44,102 nt of DNA from Spongospora subterranea f. sp. subterranea (Eukaryota): assembly GCA_049724395.1 (NCBI GenBank), contig JAUGWO010000100.1:1-44102 (forward strand), read 5' to 3'. Position 1 is the stretch's first letter. Every line of letters begins with the position of its first letter. This document shows positions 37,197 to 44,102 of the stretch, one piece after another. The notes under the pieces were generated by a model that was given only the letters and a program-made list of their open reading frames with translations, searched no databases and was not told the DNA's origin. A program made the translations under genes and the position numbers.

Positions 37197-38584
37197 AGTC
37201 ACCTTAACTCCACACTGAGTCGACTCGACTCCACTCATGACTCCAGTTTATGATGGAGTCGACTCGGAGTGACTCCAGGTTTTGCTGAGTCGCCTCGGAG
37301 TCACTCGGAGTCGACTCCAACCAGGTATATCTATATATATGGTTGGTATGCAGTCAATAATCCTATTATAGGTTGGTATGCAGTCAAAAATCCTAATAGG
37401 TTGGTATGCAGTCAAACCCAAGTCCGGAGTCCCATTGGTAATCCAGCTCTGCATCCCACGAATCACGATTGACGATTGTGAATTTGTAATTGACAGCAAG
37501 TCAACGATGCCAGGTCATGATGAAACTTTTTGCGAAGTCATTGAATTCGATGATATCGACTGTACTCGCGAATATGAGTCGGAGAATAAGGGTGACCTTC
37601 TTTCAACGGCACCGAGTTCGTCAGGGAATACCCTATCAGATGTCAATGCTCACATTGAGCATATCGTTCTAAACGGACGCAGCAAATGGAGTTGTAAGCT
37701 CTGCAACGCCAAGAAGGTAAAGCAGATATGTTCTTACCCCATGATCCGATTGCCATGACACCGTCTACCCAACCATTACATTTGTTAGTTTGGAACACCA
37801 AGAATACCTTCACAATTCGTCGGCATTTAAGAATCAAGCACGAAGAAGTTTACCTTCCAGAGCTAACCCAGATGAAGCTGACCGACGGCTTTTTTAAAGT
37901 TTCTATAAACAAACTGATTGCCAGAAACATGTCAGGTCCGCCGATGGAAAGCCATCGTATTGACAAAGCGAACGATCATCTTATCAAATGGATCATCAAT
38001 CATTCGCAGCCTTTCAATGTTGTTCATCAGGCTGACTTTACGCACAATGAAATCGAACTCGACGGATGCTCTTCTTTAGAAGTGCCTGCAAAGAAGAAGA
38101 GCAAGCTCATTGAAGCTCTATCTCTAACGACGCAGAGTCAGCGTACGTCCGACAACAGTTCAGGGTCGTTTGCACGGGAATTGGAACGCTGGATTGCCCA
38201 TACGAACATGTCAATCGAGCAGTCCAGTCGAGACGTTTTGATTTGGTTCAAACTCAATGGTTTTATGTATCCAAGAGTGTCATTGATGGCCAAAGATTAT
38301 TTGGCCATCATGTCCACGTCGGTTCCTAGTGAACAGGCTTTTCAAAGAGCGGGCACAACCGTGTCGAAGAGGCGCTCACGCCTCGGAGATGACTGCGTTT
38401 CGGCAGTCTGCGAGTTAATTAAAATTTATCATTATGGTTGAACGATAGGCAGACTTTCAAAACGACTTGGAGTTGAGTCGACTCGAATGACTCGGAGTGA
38501 CTCCAGGTTTTGCTGGAGTCGACTCCGAGTCACTCAGCAAAACTTGGAGTCGAGTCGAGTCATTAAGTTGACTCCGCATCTCTA
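37197..38584 (+). mobile_element. Internally deleted hAT transposon (BED finger and dimerisation domain, no catalytic core)
   Basis: Right end reverse complement TAGAGATGCGGAGTCAACTTAA; partial left match AGTCACCTTAA. GAGTCGACTC-type subterminal repeats at both ends. Peptides WSCKLC..|..TIRRHLRIKH and WFKLN...YPRVSLMAKDYLAIMSTSVPSEQAF. Confidence 0.85.
37341..37416 (+). repeat. Three tandem copies of GGTTGGTATGCAGTCAA (28-30-bp period) inside the hAT
   Basis: Directly visible in the sequence. Confidence 0.85.
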
Positions 38585-38771
38585 AAGTTGGTTTATTGGG
38601 AATGCGCGCAACTGCGCAAACTTAGAGCCCGTCTGGTAACCACGCAGTGGCAAAATGGCATTTTGCCGTATCCCCATAATGGCCAAAATGCCATTTTTGA
38701 AAGTTCTGGAGTTGCCGTTTGCCAGACGCGCCAAAGTCTGTAATTTGGAGTGGGGTTACTGTTACAGTACA

Positions 38772-39823
38772 ATGGCGCTCTGTCCTTTTGGAAAGAAGTC
38801 TTGCAGTGACGTTATTCGGGCCTCGTGGAACGAAGAGAAGGATGAGTTCCTAGTTTCACAGCTACAGATGCAGTCCGATCGGGGTAAGCGGGCGGATTCA
38901 GGTTTTCTGAAAGAGGCTTGGAGGTCTGTAACCACAGCCTTCAACCAGCAGTTCGCCGTTGCTTACTTGCCGGCACAACTGAAGTCGCGACACGATACAG
39001 TACGAAAAGGATGCGTTTTGTTCAAATAGTTGATTGCTACGATTCAATGTATAGTTAAAAAAGAATTCAAAGACTTGAATATTTGAAAGGCAATTCCGGA
39101 TTCGGCTGGGATGACATTTGTGGCTGCCAACGGCTCTGAGATGTGAAGTAAAGATGACCAGATTCCATATTAGGATGATGTCTGGGCTGCATTTATTGAG
39201 GTATGATTGAGCCCAATGCCCTACTCCACGTTTCTGACAAACCTTCGACTTTCTTCAGACTAACAAGAATTACCGGAAATTCCAAACTACGCCATTTCCA
39301 TTGTTCGAGCAGCTGGCCGTCTTGTTGGATGGATGCCAAGCGATTGGAAATTTTGCCCTGGGACCGCCAATAACTGGTGGCGCAGGTTTGTTTATGTCGG
39401 AAGAACGAGACGAGAGTGTATCCTTGACGCCTTTGGGAGAACAAGCCGATGCATCGGACAATTATATTTGTTCAGGAGAATCTGGCACTGCCCGGAGACC
39501 GAAACGGCGAGCGTTGGCAAGTCGTGTGACGCCTCAACGAGATCGACGATCCGCAGGATTCGTTATCGGAGAAGCCATGAACAAGTTGGTCGAATTGGAG
39601 ATTGCCAAAACTAAAAAATTCCAATCAGGTTCCATTGACACAAGATGATCGTGTTGCAAACGCAATTGATATTTTAATGAAGAACTACGAGTACATGGAC
39701 AGCGATGACTTTTCAACTTTAGCATTTAGGTCTGATGTCTTCGGGAATGGTTGCAATGCGACAATTTTCGTAGAGTTGACCGGTGCGGCCCGCGACGCAT
39801 GGATAAGCAAAAAACTCATGTAA
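38772..39823 (+). pseudogene. Harbinger Myb/SANT-like DNA-binding protein (introns and frameshifts)
   Basis: ASWNEEKDEFLV...GKRADSGFLKEAWRSVTTAFN...QLKSR; NSGFGWD; FPLFEQLA. Confidence 0.82.
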
Positions 39824-39840
39824 TACATATCGAGTATTTA

Positions 39841-42543
39841 TTATTGTTGCCGTTGATGCAACGTTCCCTGGTACTGGTCCCACATAGATTTGGCAATCCC
39901 ATCTTTCATTCGTCCCGCTTCAATTGAATAACAATCAGGTACTTCGTGCTGTTCGTGGTTTCTGCCACGTGCTACTCGGCGACAAAGTTGTTGATCTCGA
40001 CGATCAGCGTCTCTTTCGGATTGCTCTAAGATATACGGGTCCCGCTCCAATCCCATGATGATGTTATGCAACGCACAGAGCGAGTAAACATTTTTGGCTT
40101 GCGAGGTGAATGGGTATTCTGGAGAAGACATGAAAATCGGAAATCGCTTCTTTAAAACACCAAAGATTCGCTCAATGCAGTTGCGTTGCTGTGCGTGACG
40201 AAGATTGTACAATTCTTTGGCATTCTGGGGACGTTGGTATGGTATGGTATACAAAGGTTCGCGGGTTCTTATGGGTCGGCTAATCCTGTGTACTACCAGG
40301 TTTTCCCTACTTCCGCCTGGCCGCTACAAGTAGCTTGGGTAGCCAATGAAGGAACCTATTAGACCAGCTGGATTCAGCAACATAACCTGTCCTACGACCA
40401 TACAGAATGGGACCTGCCCCCACCCGATTACATTGCCTATCCAGAGTTTCGAGTTTACTGCAAGCAGCTCACTCTTCCACATTCATTATGGCCATGTGGT
40501 CAGACCCAGTAAAGATTAGACATATCTAGATAAAGCAGCCTGCTTTTTCAGCTTTTCGCAAAATTTTCGTCATGGCCTTCTCGTGGCTCCAGATTGCTGT
40601 GGTGAAAGTAGTTGCCGGTAGTGTCTTGTAATGTCGTCTGCATTTCTTGAGTCGCTTTTTGAATACTTCGCATTGTAACACCTGATGTTCGATTGTTTCG
40701 GGATGTTTGTCGCAGTGTCTGCACTTGTTCGTGTCTTCCATTCCAATGTTGCTGAGGTGCTGTCTGCATCTGCGCTGTCCAGTTCGCGCTCTGTTAATTA
40801 GCATGTGTGGTATGGATTCACCTGGTAGTTTGCGAAACAGGTCTCTATCCGGGTAGTTTTGGAAGTGGCTGCATTTGACGTTCGCCTTCAAATACTGTTT
40901 TAATTGACTTCGTTCGTATTTCTTTAGTTGTAGTTTAAAGGATGACAGAAATGGTGCATGCTCTATTTTGGTCCCAATATTCGCCACATTTTTTGCTAGT
41001 TGATCAATTTCATTGCTTCGTCCTATAGCTTTCGAGTTGTCATTGTCAGATGTGCCACTTGTGTAATGGACATGACTTGGAACGTAGTGAATGTGTATCT
41101 GATTACGACGGGATAGTTTCGCTAGTAGTCGAGCAGAGTCTGCCACAACTGCATATACTCTTCGAGGTTTGATAGGTAGTGATTGAAATTGACTTACCCA
41201 GGATAACGAGTCTGTCATTATGTGGATGGTTCTGTTTTTAAATCTCTGATCGATGGCCAGTTCTAGCAAAGCATGTAATGCAATGATCTCGGCTTCCTAA
41301 CTCGAGGTGATTTTGCGATTCAGTTTGATTTGCGACTTTTCCTTAATGTAATTTGCCGCTACACCTTTGGTGCTTTTGTATTGCAAGAGGGCAGCAGCAC
41401 CCCCTTTTTTCCCTTTGGTAAAACTGCCATCAGTCCAGATTTCTACATCCGGGTCACGTGGAAGAAGTTCGTTTCTTTTGTGCTTTTCAATTGCCTCCTT
41501 TCGCGTGGTTTTGTGTAATTAATTTACTGTATAGAGAGCTTTGAGAATATTTGGGGCAATATCTACCGTTGCATGTATGGTTTTGTATCCTTTCGGGACT
41601 CTCTCTCTAAGAGCTTTCCAGACTTGGCCAAGTGGAGACCAGCCATCGCCGAATCCTGTCCATTTGGTGTAGTCCTGTCTCTGGGGACGTTGATAGCCCA
41701 ACGCCCACTCTTTAAGATGGTAACGAACCCCTCGGTAAGGTGTCAGGAGATTAGTTTTAAGACCGTATCCCGCATCACCTAAATACATTTTTCCTGCTGG
41801 GACTGAGAAACCTTTGAAGAGAAGGGCATCATTGAGTACGCCGCCGTCCGATGCTGAGCCCTCCCAGCCGGCGAGCACATAAAAGAATCGCAAATCAAAT
41901 GAGCAGGCGGCGAGCACGCTGTTTCTTCCCGTTCCAGTCTTTATTCTGGCTCATGAAGCTCTTGCGATTGCGGAACGGCCTAGCTCGACCAAAAGGGGGC
42001 GATGCAGGTATGTGCGTTTCCGTCCAGCGCTCCGATGCAGTCTTGGAAGAAAGGAAACATTTTTGGATTGCTGTGGATTTCCCAAGGGCAGACATTTGCA
42101 AAAGACAGGACGACGACTTCAGGGTATATAACAATCAAAGCTTCCAGAACTTCATTAAAGGACTTGGTTATAGTCCATCCACTTCTTTGGAACCTCTCTT
42201 GCGCTTGTCGATTCGAGGATGCATGACCGACGATGTAGAGGAATGTCGCCAATTTCTCTTTCGCAGAAACAAACCTGCTTGTCGCGAGAGCGTTTCTCCT
42301 CTCCATCATTTCAAGAATTGCCTCAAATGTTTCCGACAGCACACGCATTTGATTGCGGAAGCGGCGACGGTTTCCAATCAGAAGTTCTTCGACCCACTCT
42401 TCGCCACTCATTTGGGAGGTATGGCAACGTTCCTTAACAGCGTAATTCACTGACCACCATGCCAAACTCGCGCAAACCTTCAAGTTGCTTCATATTACTA
42501 TGGCGCGCGTTTCAAACTCCGTAAAAATGACGTTGACCTCCAT
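39841..42543 (-). pseudogene. Harbinger transposase interrupted by a LINE
   Basis: QAQERFQRSG, DCIGALDG, LAACSFD, AGWEGSASD, YLGDAGY, TPYRGVRYHLKEW...YQRPQ|NAKELYNLRHAQQRNCIERIFGVLKKRF. Confidence 0.9.
40237..41679 (-). mobile_element. 5'-truncated LINE related to 25347-31523 (RNase H and Zn-knuckle)
   Basis: 13-bp TSD TCTGGGGACGTTG at 40224-40236 and 41680-41692. Shares GDGW(S/T)PLG, IMTDSLSW, LPIKPRRV, NRARTG and ETIEHQVL with the full-length LINE. Tail is (ATACC)n rather than poly(A). Confidence 0.92.
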
Positions 42544-42836
42544 TTCCAAAACGCCATAATTTCGCCATTATGGAGTTTTGTACTGGGACGACCAGAATGT
42601 GCCAGAAACTTCACGGTGTTGTTCTAAAATGGCATAACGCTCCATTCTGGAGTTTTGAAAGCAAAATGGAGGCAGAACTCCGTGGTTACCAGACGGGCTC
42701 TTAATTTGCGCGTAAGCCAGGTTTTCAGGAAATTCAATAAGGAAAACTGCAATGGGTTATAAGTCCTTCAGAGTTCTAACGGAAATCGATCGATGTCTTC
42801 GGTATTCTTTTACAGAAAACTCATCTTGATCGGGGG

Positions 42837-43178
42837 TCAATTTGTTTCCGTCCTCCCCGCAACACGATAGGCGTCCATGTACCGGAAAAACTTATTTGCA
42901 AACCTTTGATTCGTTGCTAACGAAACGCTGTTCAAAGCCAATGGGACAACTGTTTGAAGGTCTTTGAACGAAGTTGTACAATTCCTTCTGGTGAAAAATT
43001 TGCACGCCGCCCAGTACATCTTGATGAAGTTGAATTCGCAATGGAATTTGGGATAAAAGTCTAACAAAATTCCATCATTCTTAAAAACTACTTCTTGTAA
43101 GCAACATTTTTGTTCCTGGAAATCGGGTTGCTTTTGCAACAACTCCATGCCCCAGGAACGCATCCGCCAAAGCCGCAC
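42837..43178 (-). pseudogene. C-terminal fragment of a second long-spacer ITm transposase
   Basis: QPDFQEQK...FYPKFHCEFNFIKMYW...RYMDAYR, homologous to 464-1627. Confidence 0.85.
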
Positions 43179-43289
43179 AAGGTACCACCGGACCTGTATT
43201 CGTCGTGGCTACAGGACGATTACAGGTCCCGAGACCGACAGACGTCTACGGACGTCGCTACTTTGACAAACACCCAAAGGTCGCGCAGA

Positions 43290-43830
43290 GGATAATGGCG
43301 ATAATAATAGGAACAATCGGGTGATCCACTTTGATGATAATGGCGATAATCGACAGTCAATAGAGAACCGGGTGATCCACTTGATGATGATAATGGCGAT
43401 AATGACAGTAATAGAGAAGAAAAGTGATCCACTGATGATGATAATGGCACCTAAAACCCTATATTGGCGACAATCGACAGTCAATAGAGAACAATCGAGC
43501 GTAAATAGAGAAGAATAGGGTGATCCACTTGATGATGATAATGGCGATAATCGACAGTCAATAGAGAAGAATAGGGTGATCCGCTTGATAATGATAATGG
43601 CGATAATCAACAATCAATAGGAAGAATCGGATGACCCACTTGATGATGATAATTGCGACAATCGACAATCAATAAAGAACAATCGAGATGAAAACAGAAG
43701 AATAGAGGGCGCCATTTGATACCAGTAATCTAGACCTCGACAGGAGAAGGGCGGTGTACTTGATGATAGTATTCGCGACGATGGAGATTCAATACAAGAG
43801 GAATAGAGCGATCCATTTGATACAATCAAT
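43290..43830. repeat. Degenerate ~56-bp tandem repeat (about 9-10 copies)
   Basis: Unit approximately GGGTGATCCACTTGATGATGATAATGGCGATAATCGACAGTCAATAGAGAAGAATA; period of 56 between 43517 and 43573. Confidence 0.85.
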
Positions 43831-44102
43831 ATTCGACCGATTGACGCGAAACTTTAATTGGCTGATTGGAAAAACTCAATGATCCAAAATGTTCCTGTGT
43901 TTTCGCTATCCCTGTGACTTTACCGTTTCCAAAATCGTACGCTGACAAATCGTTTTTTACGCCCGTTCGAGGCGACACTAATTGTCTGATTGACTATTGA
44001 CAAAAATAATTTTTCCGGATTTTCGCAGGACTTTCCAGCGATGTGTAAATTTCATTGAATGAGAAAGTCAGTTCGTCAGAGTACTTACTGTAACAACGAT
44101 AA

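Larger units (their letters stand above)
38625..42700. mobile_element. Complete PIF/Harbinger transposon containing a LINE insertion
   Basis: Perfect 20-bp TIR GAGCCCGTCTGGTAACCACG at 38625-38644 and 42681-42700. TTA TSD at 38622-38624 and 42701-42703. Convergent Myb/SANT and transposase genes. Confidence 0.95.

Noticed and set aside
37215..38575. GAGTCGACTC repeats or the 37341-37416 repeats as a CRISPR-like array
   Set aside because: No regular unique spacers and no cas genes; the repeats are explained as hAT subterminal repeats.
43209..43829. ORFs over the tandem repeat
   Set aside because: The 56-bp period breaks frame; the translations are low-complexity artefacts.

Overview
Eukaryotic genomic DNA with short GT-AG introns, probably from a microbial eukaryote (taxon not determinable from sequence alone). 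A block of host genes at about 5.8-20.2 kb encodes the SUMO E1 subunit UBA2, a heterotrimeric G-alpha, an alpha-kinase and a type II P-type ATPase. It is flanked by dense, nested transposon clusters. Left: a complete TA-flanked IS630/Tc1/mariner element with a very long D-E spacer, a Crypton tyrosine recombinase, and a second copy of the Tc1-like right end. Right: mariner, Harbinger, chromoviral Gypsy, pogo and hAT remnants; an old Copia hosting a full-length 6.2-kb LINE (12-bp TSD) and a young complete Copia (5-bp TSD); and a complete Harbinger carrying a related truncated LINE. The most unusual element is the full-length LINE. It has no recognisable ORF1. In a frame the ORF track missed, it begins with five tandem 10-aa peptides carrying P-[FL]-x-G-G, with a sixth PYSGG just before an OTU cysteine protease. 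These are followed by a PIP box, APE, RT, RNase H and a Zn-knuckle. This suggests a retroelement polyprotein carrying its own di-glycine cleavage sites and protease (inference). Many frameshifts lie in homopolymers, including one in the ATPase, so some may be sequencing errors.
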